Shown one piece after another: positions 9,439-18,915 of a stretch of DNA of 34,750 nt (its first letter is position 1; the number at the start of each line of letters is the position of its first letter). Both the position numbers and the translations under genes were made by a program. Source of the stretch: a virus (lineage: Duplodnaviria > Heunggongvirae > Uroviricota > Caudoviricetes); the IMG/VR virus record IMGVR_UViG_2875703104_000001, one strand, 5' to 3'. The notes beneath the pieces are model-generated. The model was not told where the DNA came from, ran no database searches, and saw only the letters and a program-made list of their open reading frames with translations.

Positions 9439-9548
9439 GTAGGGAATTGGTCCTTTCCCCCAACGATAACGTGTGTTAATCAGCCGAGAGTGGGTTATGA
9501 AACGCGGTGAATAGTTATGTTCCCAGTATCGCCATATTCCAGCCACTT

Positions 9549-10934
9549 TCAACGCATGCTTTTTGCGGTCTTATCTTGCTCCCAATGTGTGACACCTTCG
9601 ACCCCACGCGTCGAGTCAGATGTAAGCATCAATGGCTGTCTAAGGAAGAGCCCCATCAAATCCGGGACACGGGCAAAGTCTTGAACAGTCTCAGCCCACT
9701 CATAGTTGTCCTCTAATGGGTAATAATTAACGGCATGCAGGAAAGCACCCAACACGGTTGTTTTAGAGGCATCGTAGGCCGAGATATGCTCCATGTTTTT
9801 ATCCCTACGTAGTTCTTCAATATCTATGCCTTCGCAAGTCTCATACCAAATATGCACCACGCCAGCACGATCAGGGGGAATCTGCATGACTCCATCATTG
9901 AGCAAGCTCTTGAAATGCTTGGATCTGAGGCCAAGAGAAATCTCATGATCGCAGCACCACTGAGCTCCAACGCACTTTGCAACATCCTCTACAAAAATGT
10001 TGAGAATATCGTTATTGGTGCCAGGACGAATAACTCTCTGAGCGATAGTCGAGATACTTCGTTTCTCATTGCTATCTAGATCCCCAAATACCAGCAATTC
10101 ATGCTGTGGGCTATTGGCTCTGACTGAAAATTTTCTGTAGTGACGTCTGAGACCTAATTTGTCGATGGCTCGTATTCCCACACTGATTGAACCTTCATTA
10201 GCTTTTCCCGTCCCCCCTTTAATGGCTAGATTCACCGCTTTAATAACGTCTGCCGGAGTCACACTGGCGACCTGCTCATGGAAAATTATATCGACAATGT
10301 TCCATGGTGCGACTTTGAGCATATGTTGGCTCAATTGATGCCAGATGTTGGCCCAGGCTTGCTCTTCTGTCTTTGAGTACTTGGTTTGCTTATCCGACCT
10401 TTTGCACTCGACGTAGAACTCCAGATCACCTAACTTGACGAGCATATCCGGTGATTTTTTGGTCTTTCCATCGGGCCAAACAATGCTGCTTTCTGGGATG
10501 AAGGCAACCTCATAGCCGTTCTTTAGGTAGAACGATGCCGTCAGCAGCTCAAAAATTTGAGTTTCTGGTTTATTGTTATTTGCTAGCATTTTGTCCAGAA
10601 CATCATCGACGTATGGGACTTTGCGAAGCTGGTCTGCAACAGCTCCGATGGCCATAGCATAGGGGTAGATACGTCTGCTGCTGTAAGTAGCATCACTATA
10701 TGGAAAATCATGAGACAGATACGACGCCAGAATGTACCAGTCGATGTCATCTTCTGCTGGTATGAAGAGCTGGGGCTCTATCGGCAGATTGATGTTAAAC
10801 TTAGCCTCCTTCTCTCTTATGCGCTTGAAATATGCAGCTTTGCGAGCAGCCCAGGCCTCAGTTCCAAGCCTATCCACAAGCAACTGATAAAAAGCTTTTG
10901 TTCTTAAACGCTCAACACTACTGACACTATCCAT
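9549..10934 (-). CDS. Cargo protein of unknown function (461 aa) with a possible PD-(D/E)xK nuclease-like motif
   Basis: AT-rich ORF with no recognisable P2 counterpart. The segment SPDMLVKLGDLEFYVECK has PD...E-x-K spacing compatible with a restriction-endonuclease-like core; this is weak, motif-only evidence. Confidence 0.55.
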   Translation of the reverse strand: MDSVSSVERLRTKAFYQLLVDRLGTEAWAARKAAYFKRIREKEAKFNINLPIEPQLFIPAEDDIDWYILASYLSHDFPYSDATYSSRRIYPYAMAIGAVADQLRKVPYVDDVLDKMLANNNKPETQIFELLTASFYLKNGYEVAFIPESSIVWPDGKTKKSPDMLVKLGDLEFYVECKRSDKQTKYSKTEEQAWANIWHQLSQHMLKVAPWNIVDIIFHEQVASVTPADVIKAVNLAIKGGTGKANEGSISVGIRAIDKLGLRRHYRKFSVRANSPQHELLVFGDLDSNEKRSISTIAQRVIRPGTNNDILNIFVEDVAKCVGAQWCCDHEISLGLRSKHFKSLLNDGVMQIPPDRAGVVHIWYETCEGIDIEELRRDKNMEHISAYDASKTTVLGAFLHAVNYYPLEDNYEWAETVQDFARVPDLMGLFLRQPLMLTSDSTRGVEGVTHWEQDKTAKSMR

Positions 10935-11113
10935 TGCGGTCTCTCTTGGTTGTTGTATAGAGTCTTTAGCGATATATGTGATTTCAACTTATTGGAGGTA
11001 TTATCCTTCAGAAATCAAAGTTTGCTACCACAAAGAAATAGAAACTCTTTATTGCATCCTGTGTAAGTATCTATCCAAGCGGACCATTAGTTTTTTTAGA
11101 TATCTGACGTCCC

Positions 11114-11143
11114 GCAACGTCCGCTTCTGGCACATAGCGGACT
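11114..11143 (+). repeat. 30-bp hairpin-forming element, copy B (GCAACGTCCGCTTCTGGCACATAGCGGACT)
   Basis: 26/30 identical to copy A; the two copies bracket the 461-aa gene. Confidence 0.7.
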
Positions 11144-11206
11144 GTCAGATTAGGCTTTACTCTGTGCCATAGATATGTAAGCTCACACCAGAGATCATAC
11201 AACTTA

Positions 11207-11731
11207 TTACGGCATTTCCGGCCATTCGGGATTTGCAGGATCCACACGACTGACCAGAACGCTGTAGCGTTCCCATGCTTCCAGTCGGCCGCGTTCCTCA
11301 TCTGTTGCCATATTCAGCCTGACAGCGCGTTCCAGTGGCTGAATGATAGTTTCAGCTTCGGAAAGCAAAGCTGCCTTCTGTAATTCCGCCAGTTGCTCCT
11401 GTTCATCTGCCGTATAAATCCGCTTAATCACAGCACCATCCTTAAACATCCATTTACCTGAGTCATCAGCACGTCGGTTGGAGGTAATATCAGGAACCTC
11501 GACAACGCTGAAACCTTCAGGGTTAAGCGTTGAAGCATCTCTGGTGATGGCGACAATAATATTATTCTCGTCGTAAACAATTTTTATTGTGTCTGGCTGA
11601 AAATTACTTACTTCCTCATACCAGTTTTTTCCGTCTTCGGACCATAACCAGATAACATCAAAATTCTTTGTTAGCTGATATTGTTCTTTTGTTTTTGGAT
11701 TACCTGACTTAATGTTTTCTAAATGCTGCAT
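11207..11731 (-). CDS. G: Tail fibre assembly protein gpG (174 aa)
   Basis: C-terminal region ...[39 protein letters not shown] is the conserved Tfa/gpG-type tail fibre assembly motif; located immediately downstream of H. Confidence 0.85.
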   Translation of the reverse strand: MQHLENIKSGNPKTKEQYQLTKNFDVIWLWSEDGKNWYEEVSNFQPDTIKIVYDENNIIVAITRDASTLNPEGFSVVEVPDITSNRRADDSGKWMFKDGAVIKRIYTADEQEQLAELQKAALLSEAETIIQPLERAVRLNMATDEERGRLEAWERYSVLVSRVDPANPEWPEMP

Positions 11732-11734
11732 AAT

Positions 11735-14544
11735 TTACACCTGCGCAACGTTATACCATGTGCCATTGATGTATTTTTGTATTGGTCTGAATACTGCTGG
11801 GTCATCACCATCGACTTCACCGACAATACCAAGCCCCGTGATTACATGGCCTGATTTTTCATACATCACGCCTTTTTGCATGGTCTGAACAACACGTGTG
11901 CCAAGTCTGACATCTCTCACATAGCGGGAATCAAAGTTACCGTAATCCGAGGGATTAACACTCCCCGTAATATTTATGGTTTTATTACTTTGAATACTTC
12001 CCGAGACAAAGCGCATAACATGGACGCTATTAGCATAAACATCCAGATTACCATCACCATTTTGTTTAAAGCCCGTGTCATTATCACCCAAAACAATCGA
12101 ATTACCGCCAAGAGCACTGGATGTTCCTATACCCAGAGCACCATTCAATTGACCACCAGATAACGGCAGGGCACCGACATCTCCCGCTGTAGGTTTTCGC
12201 GTTGTGGTATAAAACTCAGACCAGTCAGCCTCGAATCCGTAACCGTCACGAGCAGAACGATAAAAAATACCGCCGTTCTTATAATTAACGCGGAACTGGG
12301 CGGCGGGACAACTTCCTTCACCGATATTAAAATGAAGAATTAACGTTGATGCACCACCAATAGTTGCGTTATAGGCTCCGCTACTCCAGTTCCATCCAAC
12401 GGCTTTATCATTCGCAACGGTGTCTCCTGTTTTTCCTGAAGCAAATGCACCAATATTTTTCGGCGTCAGGTTAATATCTGATGTTCCATCAAACGAAACG
12501 TTATTAATTTTATTCCTGAAGCAAATGCACCAATATTTTTCGGCGTCAGGTTAATATCTGATGTTCCATCAAACGAAACGTTATTAATTTTACGGGCTGT
12601 TTTCAGCTTTGTTGCTGTCGCCGCATTGCCGGACAGTTCACCAGAAAGGCCAGCACTGAATGTCTGTTTCGCGCCCCATGTATGGGCTTCGTCAATGATT
12701 GGTACTCGTCTTGTTGTGATCGTGCGGCTTCCCGGATTTCCTGAAATACGCACCATAAAAAAGCGGTAGTTGGCTTTACTTACAGTGCTGCGCCATACAT
12801 GCATTGAGCGCCCCGAACCAGAATCATCACTCGGACCGACTGAGATGTTTATCAGGTTGCCATCAATGACGCCCCAGTCCATACCGTCGGGAATATTGGT
12901 CATGTTATCCAGCCGAACGGTTATCAGACTGCCCGGCACAAAATTGTATGTCTGCCAGTCCAGGCTGGTGAGTTTTGCCACTGCGCCACCGATACCCAAC
13001 TCTAACGGCAAAGAGTTTGAGTTATAAATCTGTCGCCACTCCCCCCACGCGTTAAATGAGCCACCAAGAAACACTCGCTCATATAAACGGTCTTTTGTAG
13101 CTGCGCTGGTTCCTGTGGTCGTGTAACGTTGCAAAACATAGACACCATCCTTGCGCCTGATGACTTCCAGAAAACCAGACTGCCCCTGGATTGGGGTGTG
13201 GGTCGCTTTGCCTGTCACACTGTAAATACCCGGAGACATCAAATCATCCAGGTCATCCTCATAGAAGGTACTACTGGTCTGATAACCAATTTGGATCCAG
13301 TCTTCCCACTGTGGATTTTCTGCATCCCATTTGGCTGTCAGGCCGCGAATATACATAGTCCCGTTACGGGTTGTATAACGCTGCGTGCGTCCATATAGCC
13401 CACCTTCGAAAATTTCCAGAATGCCCTGCGCGTCTCCTCCCTGCTCAGGGTAATGTCGTTCAAAAGAAGCTATTGCTGAACTGCTGTTTCTCCATAGACC
13501 TAAATGTTCTGCGCCACCGAGAGAGTTAAGGTCAATGGTCGTACTTAGAGCACGCGTTACAGCCTGAACATGGCGCCATGCTCCCCATGGTCCATCATTA
13601 CCATTCCATGTTCCAATGAGTTTGCGGGTATACAAATTTCCGTCACGTGTGGTATAGCGTTGCGTGCCTGCAAAATTGCCGCCAGCAAAAACCTCAAGCA
13701 CACCGACAGCATTATCTTCCGGGAAGTTTTTCTCCAGTGTTGCGTTGGTGGATGTTGCTTTAGACCAGATACCTGAATAAGCCTTAACAGGACCAAACGT
13801 ATTCAGATCAGCATTAAGCGGCATTTCGCCATTGTTTTTCATAAACGTCAGGCTGGTAACGCCAACATTGTCCAGAAAAGCGCCCTTATCTGGAATATCG
13901 CCACCGTTCTGGTCTTTCTGCAGACGTTTCTCAGCATTGTCATAGGCTGCTTTTACTGCCTTTGGCGTTGCCGCCAGCTTTTCACTGGTGCTGTTTGTTG
14001 CACTGCTTAACTGAGTAAAACCTTTTTCTGTCAGCGTGGCGTCAGGATGGCGGCGGGACTGCTCATGCTCTGCGATTTTGTCATCGACGTAATCCTGCGT
14101 CGCCATCACTGTGCTGGCATCAATAGTCAGCTCAACAGACGCCACGTTACTGATAATAATAACCATGCGGCAGGTCTGCGCACGTCCGGAGCCTTCAGCC
14201 AGTTCTGGTTTATAGCTTTCTGCCATGTTGGATACCGCAATCAGTGTTCCGGCATCGTCATACAGACCAAGCTCACGCATCCAGAAGCCGCCCACTTCGG
14301 GCGGTACAACCAGTTCAGCCACGATATAGTTTTTATTCTTATTATCCACGCTGACTTTATTCAGAGCGTGACGCCAGACCTCATGCACCAGTTTCGTCTG
14401 ACCGGCATCCGGCACCGGCAATTTGCCATTACCGTCACCCACGGCCATTGCAGACAGGTTTACTTTTTTCCCGCCGGGGACAGTGGCGGCAGCCAGCTTT
14501 GCGGCTCCGGCAGTAGTGATAACGGTTTTAAATTTCGTGCTCAT
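11735..14544 (-). pseudogene. H: Tail fibre gene H, frame-disrupted by an 80-bp tandem duplication (N-terminal ORF 12466..14544; C-terminal open frame 11735..12465)
   Basis: N-terminus MSTKFKTVITTAGAAKLAAATVPGG... matches P2 gpH. The ORF stops 47 nt into the first repeat copy with an aberrant ...GIKLITFRLMEHQILT tail. The other frame is open from 12465 to 11735 and encodes the expected continuation (...KNIGAFASGKTGDTVANDKAVGWNWSSGAYNA...). Deleting one 80-bp copy gives a single 909-codon ORF. Confidence 0.85.
12433..12592. repeat. Perfect 80-bp tandem direct duplication (12433..12512 = 12513..12592) inside gene H
   Basis: Read directly: both copies are TTCCTGAAGCAAATGCACCAATATTTTTCGGCGTCAGGTTAATATCTGATGTTCCATCAAACGAAACGTTATTAATTTTA. 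80 is not a multiple of 3. Confidence 0.95.
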
Positions 14545-14554
14545 TGTTTCTCAC

Positions 14555-15085
14555 TTATCCGGGATAAACAGTAATAACATCACCATCACAGACCACACCG
14601 CCTGTATACAGATAGCCGGGAATGTCCTGGATAATGTTCAGACCGATAAGGTGGCGACTTGCGGGTTTGGCATCGGCAATCAGCCGTTCCATTTCCTGAT
14701 ACATTGCCTCTGTGATACCGCTTTCCAGTACACCAATATCAAGCCGGAAGGTGCCGGGCGGGTCACTGTTTTCCCACCACTCCGTCACGTTGATGAGATA
14801 GCCGAGCGGCTCCACCACACGCCGGATTGCACCTATCGTGCCCTTATGACAGTGGATGAAATACGCATCGCGGATAACGGCGCGTTTTGTCGCTTCCGGC
14901 CACTTTTCATCCCACCTGTCGACCGAAAACGCCCACGCCAGCCACGGCAGCAGATTTGCCGGGCAGGTGTCCGGGTTCCACAGCTCACGAATACTGACCG
15001 GCGTTTTTTCAATTTCCGCACAGGCTTTTGCGGCGGCGACCTCAAGCGGTGATGAGCCGGTCGGCAGCAGTCGCGAATCACTCAT
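14555..15085 (-). CDS. I: Baseplate protein gpI (176 aa)
   Basis: Length and synteny match P2 gpI. Confidence 0.88.
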   Translation of the reverse strand: MSDSRLLPTGSSPLEVAAAKACAEIEKTPVSIRELWNPDTCPANLLPWLAWAFSVDRWDEKWPEATKRAVIRDAYFIHCHKGTIGAIRRVVEPLGYLINVTEWWENSDPPGTFRLDIGVLESGITEAMYQEMERLIADAKPASRHLIGLNIIQDIPGYLYTGGVVCDGDVITVYPG

Positions 15086-15986
15086 CCGAGCCTCCGGTCA
15101 CGACGCGGTATTCGGTACAGAAAGACGCCTGCGTACTGTTGAGCACGATGTCGGCCAGTGGTGCAGCCAGTTCGACACGCTGCACACCTTCCACATGCAA
15201 AGCGGCATAAATGGCAGACAGACGGATGTCGCGCCCCAGCCGGTGCTGTGCCGTGATATACGCTTCCAGCTTTTTCACAGCGGCAGCGCGGATGGGTTCG
15301 CTTTCGGGACCAGGGTAAAGGTAAAGCGTGGCGTTTATCTGGTATTCAACGATGGCGGCAGACTGCACGGTCACGCGGTCGGCCACCGGCCTGACGTCCT
15401 CGCCATTAAGGGCGTTACGCACCACAGCCAGCAGGTCTTCGGATGCGACGCCGTTATTTTCACGTGACAGCACAGAGATGGTGACACAGGCAGGAGACGG
15501 GCTGGTGACAGAGATATCCGCGACACGCCCGTCGGCACTGCGACCATGATACTGATAGGCACCCACCGACCCGGCGACGCTTAAACCTTCAAACGCCTGC
15601 TGAATACGCAGCCGGTAATCGGTGTCAGACTCCATCACTGCCGGTGTCGGCGGGATAGTCGAATCATCTGCCGGGGTGATAATCAGGCGCGTGGTGTTGT
15701 AATTGGCACCAATCACATCAAGGTCATTACCGGCAGCACAGGCCAGCATCACCGCCCGTGCGGCCTCATTCACACGCTGACGCCAGATAAGCTCACGATA
15801 AGCATTTTCCTCCAGCAGTTTGACGAGAGGCTCCGATTCCAGCGTCAGGGTACGGGCGACCGCCTCCTGCTGGTCTTCCGGGTAAAGGGAAATCAGTGTC
15901 GCCTTGCGTTCGGCGAGAATGGTTTCAAAGTCCAGCTCCTCGACCACATCCGGTGCGGGTAGCTGGTTCAGGTCGATAATCGGCAT
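15078..15986 (-). CDS. J: Baseplate protein gpJ (302 aa)
   Basis: Length and synteny match P2 gpJ. Confidence 0.88.
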   Translation of the reverse strand: MPIIDLNQLPAPDVVEELDFETILAERKATLISLYPEDQQEAVARTLTLESEPLVKLLEENAYRELIWRQRVNEAARAVMLACAAGNDLDVIGANYNTTRLIITPADDSTIPPTPAVMESDTDYRLRIQQAFEGLSVAGSVGAYQYHGRSADGRVADISVTSPSPACVTISVLSRENNGVASEDLLAVVRNALNGEDVRPVADRVTVQSAAIVEYQINATLYLYPGPESEPIRAAAVKKLEAYITAQHRLGRDIRLSAIYAALHVEGVQRVELAAPLADIVLNSTQASFCTEYRVVTGGSDE

Positions 15987-15990
15987 GGTT

Positions 15991-16338
15991 TCAACTCACA
16001 GGGATGGTTAACGAAAGTGGCTGGCCGGTGTCGTTGTGCTGGCCGGTTAACGTGACCGTCATTCGCCCGTCAAAACTGCGCGCCGTGGTGACGGATGACA
16101 GGGTGACGCGGGGTTCCCATTTCAGCACTGCCATGTAACAGGCGACTTTAATCTGCAACTCAAGCGCCGGGGTCTGCGGCTGGTCAATCATTGATGCCAG
16201 CAACGAGCCGTAATCACGACGCATCACCCGTGAGTCGACCGGTGTGCGCAGGATATCGCCGATACTCTGGCTGATATGCTCAAGGTCAGTGACCGTCAGG
16301 CCATTACTGCGATTCATTCCGAGATAACGCGCTGTCAT
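15991..16338 (-). CDS. W: Baseplate protein gpW (115 aa)
   Basis: Length and synteny match P2 gpW. Confidence 0.88.
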   Translation of the reverse strand: MTARYLGMNRSNGLTVTDLEHISQSIGDILRTPVDSRVMRRDYGSLLASMIDQPQTPALELQIKVACYMAVLKWEPRVTLSSVTTARSFDGRMTVTLTGQHNDTGQPLSLTIPVS

Positions 16339-16976
16339 TTTGTCCCCTGTGTCCAGTTGTCTCCTGACTTAACACCACCGTGACCGTGGTCATCCACCTG
16401 AACGCCGTTAGAAGTGAATTTCCCGTCGGTATGCTCGATGTTGCCGTGCATCTTCCCGCCCTTCTGCACTTCCAGCGTGCCGGTAGTCAGCTTGTTGGTG
16501 CAGACCACCTCCGGTGTGTCCAGAGTGACGCGGGTTGACGCTTTCACCATGGCCACCGGCACCGTGGCGGTAACAGAATCAGAAGCCGTCACGCTGGCCG
16601 TTTTAATTCCGCTTACCGTGAGTGCACTGGTTTCGGGTTCATATTCAATCACCGCCCCGTCAGGGAAACGGATATGCAGGGCATCCGCCGACGCAGACGG
16701 CGCGGGGTTATCGCCGGAATAAATCCCCGGCAGAACGAACGCCGTGTCGAGTTCACCGCCCACGGCCAGAATCAGCACCTGCTCCCCCACGGAAGGTGCC
16801 CACCATGTGCGCGAACGCCCGGCGCGATGGGTCAGCCACTGAAGCCAGTCAGTGCACATGCCACCAGTCTGCACTCGGCAGCGACCGGCGTTAAGGTCGG
16901 TTTCGACGACAAGGCCGGTGCGGATCATGTTGCGCAGTGCGCGCGCGATTTCCTGAATATTTGCGAGAGTGTTCAT
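16335..16976 (-). CDS. V: Baseplate spike/assembly protein gpV (213 aa)
   Basis: Length and synteny match P2 gpV; first gene of the V-W-J-I-H-G operon. Confidence 0.88.
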   Translation of the reverse strand: MNTLANIQEIARALRNMIRTGLVVETDLNAGRCRVQTGGMCTDWLQWLTHRAGRSRTWWAPSVGEQVLILAVGGELDTAFVLPGIYSGDNPAPSASADALHIRFPDGAVIEYEPETSALTVSGIKTASVTASDSVTATVPVAMVKASTRVTLDTPEVVCTNKLTTGTLEVQKGGKMHGNIEHTDGKFTSNGVQVDDHGHGGVKSGDNWTQGTK

Positions 16977-17042
16977 AACGGGAAGGATGCCGCCGGGTCA
17001 TACCGGCGGCAATGTGACGATGAGGTGTCGGGAATGGCACAA

Positions 17043-17495
17043 CTAACGGTCGAGGTGAGCCAGGATAATCTCTTCAATCATCTGTACATCCTCACCGGTG
17101 AAGCCGAGCAGAGGGCGCGCCGGATAATCAATTTTCTTACCGTCTTTCCGGTTTTCTTCCGACAGACCGAACTGATGCACACTGGCGATTTTCGGTGACT
17201 TCCCGCCGTAAAACTCCATTGATGCCTGCTCCGGGCTGGCGCGGATATGCAAAAAACGACTGGTGATAAGTTTCGCAAACATTTTTCGCTTAACACGACC
17301 GGTCTTTTTTCTGGCGCTCTGCTGCTGGCGTGGCACGTAGGGTGTGCCGTCCGGGGCTTTCTGTGCCATCACCCGACGCTGCTGACTCTGCCGCAGGCGC
17401 TTCGCCAGTTCGGCACTCAGTCGCCGACGCCCTGACGGTGACAGCGATTCAGTCAGTCCGGTCAGCCGGTCTTCAAAACGCTTAAACTCATTCAT
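17043..17495 (-). CDS. S: Tail completion protein gpS (150 aa)
   Basis: Length and synteny match P2 gpS. Confidence 0.85.
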   Translation of the reverse strand: MNEFKRFEDRLTGLTESLSPSGRRRLSAELAKRLRQSQQRRVMAQKAPDGTPYVPRQQQSARKKTGRVKRKMFAKLITSRFLHIRASPEQASMEFYGGKSPKIASVHQFGLSEENRKDGKKIDYPARPLLGFTGEDVQMIEEIILAHLDR

Positions 17496-17955
17496 CCCAC
17501 TTGCTCACCAGTTCGCCATTGATATAAAGCTCCATCGGGCGGTTGACCGGCTCCGGCGGCGGGGGTTCCGGGATATTCTTCACATGCAGTGCGCCGTCCA
17601 CCTCACTGACCAGCGTGCGCTCGGTCAGCATCAGGCTGATACTGATATCAAAGCTGCTGTCATTGTTGATGTCTGCATAAAACGTGAAGCCCTTTTTCTG
17701 GCCTTCGTCGGTGGTCATGATGTCGGGCTGATTTTCCCGCAGCCACGCCAGCACCGGCACGATGAGCAGGTCAAAATCACCGGTAAAGTCGGTCACAATG
17801 ACATTGAGCGTGTAACGTTTTTCGAATGACAGCGACGTCGCCAGCGTGGAGGCAATACTCCCGTTATCCACGAATATCCGCAGCATCTCGGGACTGGTTT
17901 TCAGCACCGTGACGGCATCAGTCAGCGCCCTGCGCAGGCTGTCGGGTTTGAGCAT
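17488..17955 (-). CDS. R: Tail completion protein gpR (155 aa, start at second in-frame Met)
   Basis: Length from MLKPDSLRR... equals P2 gpR as recalled; the ORF-track start at 17964 adds 3 codons. Confidence 0.8.
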   Translation of the reverse strand: MLKPDSLRRALTDAVTVLKTSPEMLRIFVDNGSIASTLATSLSFEKRYTLNVIVTDFTGDFDLLIVPVLAWLRENQPDIMTTDEGQKKGFTFYADINNDSSFDISISLMLTERTLVSEVDGALHVKNIPEPPPPEPVNRPMELYINGELVSKWDE

Positions 17956-18208
17956 CGTTTTCATCCTGACAGTGTTTAATCATTTTTACCTGGCTGGCAC
18001 AGCGTGCCAGCGCGTTCTCAAGCTGCCGGATATCGGCACTTAAATCGCCGTTCGTCTGCGGGTCACTGCCCGGCATCGGGCAAAGGCTCACTTTCGGGCA
18101 GGCGTTGTGGACAATCACTGGCGTCTGCGCAGGCCGGGCGCTGGTGCAACCGGCGCACAGCATCAGGCAGGTCAGCGCCGTACCAGCGGCGGAAATCTTC
18201 GTTTTCAT
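17918..18208 (-). CDS. lysC: LysC, o-spanin (Rz1-like outer-membrane lipoprotein), 96 aa, nested in lysB and overlapping R
   Basis: MKTKISAAGTALTCLMLCAGCTS contains a lipobox (LCAGC). It starts inside the lysB reading frame in a different frame, as is typical for embedded spanins. Confidence 0.75.
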   Translation of the reverse strand: MKTKISAAGTALTCLMLCAGCTSARPAQTPVIVHNACPKVSLCPMPGSDPQTNGDLSADIRQLENALARCASQVKMIKHCQDENDAQTRQPAQGAD

Positions 18209-18488
18209 TGAGTAATCTCGTGATGGTTTTCTCGCGCTGAGCTTCACGCTTCGCGGCGTTTTCCAGTTCCTGACGCAGTGCCACCTGCGCCAGCTCGTTT
18301 TTGTCTGCCCTGGTGAGCGCAACATGAAGCTGATTTTTCAGCATGGTGATGGTCGCCTGCTGCTCGCTGGCTACGTTGTTTGCCCTGTCCAGTGAGGTGC
18401 GCAGGCTGGCGTTTTTATGCTTCGCCAGAAACAGACCCGCCACCGCCAGCGATAACAACACGACCAGCACAATCATCAGCTTTGACAT
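18063..18488 (-). CDS. lysB: LysB, i-spanin (Rz-like), 141 aa
   Basis: N-terminal transmembrane segment MSKLMIVLVVLLSLAVAGLF followed by a coiled-coil-like region; length and position match P2 LysB. Confidence 0.82.
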   Translation of the reverse strand: MSKLMIVLVVLLSLAVAGLFLAKHKNASLRTSLDRANNVASEQQATITMLKNQLHVALTRADKNELAQVALRQELENAAKREAQREKTITRLLNENEDFRRWYGADLPDAVRRLHQRPACADASDCPQRLPESEPLPDAGQ

Positions 18489-18901
18489 GGTTCCCGCCCC
18501 TCAAAACGCTGACGGCAGGCCGTACGTATCAGCCGGAAGAACAGCGACGCCACGAGATAAATCAGCGCGGTAAAAATCCACCCGGCAGCGACCAGCGAGA
18601 TAAACGTCGCCACCATCACCACCAGAGCCGCCGCCCGTCTGCGCCACGGCACCGGCTGCAAAAACAGCGACGTGACAATCTTCACGGCCAGCGATTCCGG
18701 TGGCAGCTCCCGCCCGTAGCGTTCCAGTACATACTCCGTGGCATACACACCGACACCACCGGCAACCACACAGATAACCGTCGCCAGAATCGCCCAGGTG
18801 GCGACAAAACTGACGGCCACGCTCTGCGGGTAAATCAGGGACAGTGCCAGCATCAGCGCCAGCGACACGTTCAGCATCAGTGAAAGGGATAATTTCTTCA
18901 T
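18476..18901 (-). CDS. lysA: LysA, membrane protein modulating lysis timing (141 aa)
   Basis: Multi-transmembrane hydrophobic protein located between K and lysB as in P2. Confidence 0.8.
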   Translation of the reverse strand: MKKLSLSLMLNVSLALMLALSLIYPQSVAVSFVATWAILATVICVVAGGVGVYATEYVLERYGRELPPESLAVKIVTSLFLQPVPWRRRAAALVVMVATFISLVAAGWIFTALIYLVASLFFRLIRTACRQRFEGREPCQS

Positions 18902-18915
18902 GGTGTTTACTCCGT

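Noticed and set aside
9368-11143. Possibility that the hairpin repeats are a CRISPR array or integron attC sites
   Set aside because: Only two to three copies, irregular spacing of tens to about 1700 bp, no cas or integrase gene of the appropriate type nearby, and no GTTRRRY core sites.
10978-11172. 64-aa plus-strand ORF in the spacer between the 461-aa gene and G
   Set aside because: Spans the hairpin repeat element and an AT-rich putative promoter region; no ribosome-binding site noted; more likely non-coding.
11735-12592. Possibility that the split tail fibre gene reflects an invertible host-range segment (Mu Gin / P1 Cin type)
   Set aside because: No invertase gene and no flanking inverted repeats; the disruption is fully explained by a direct 80-bp tandem duplication in one orientation.
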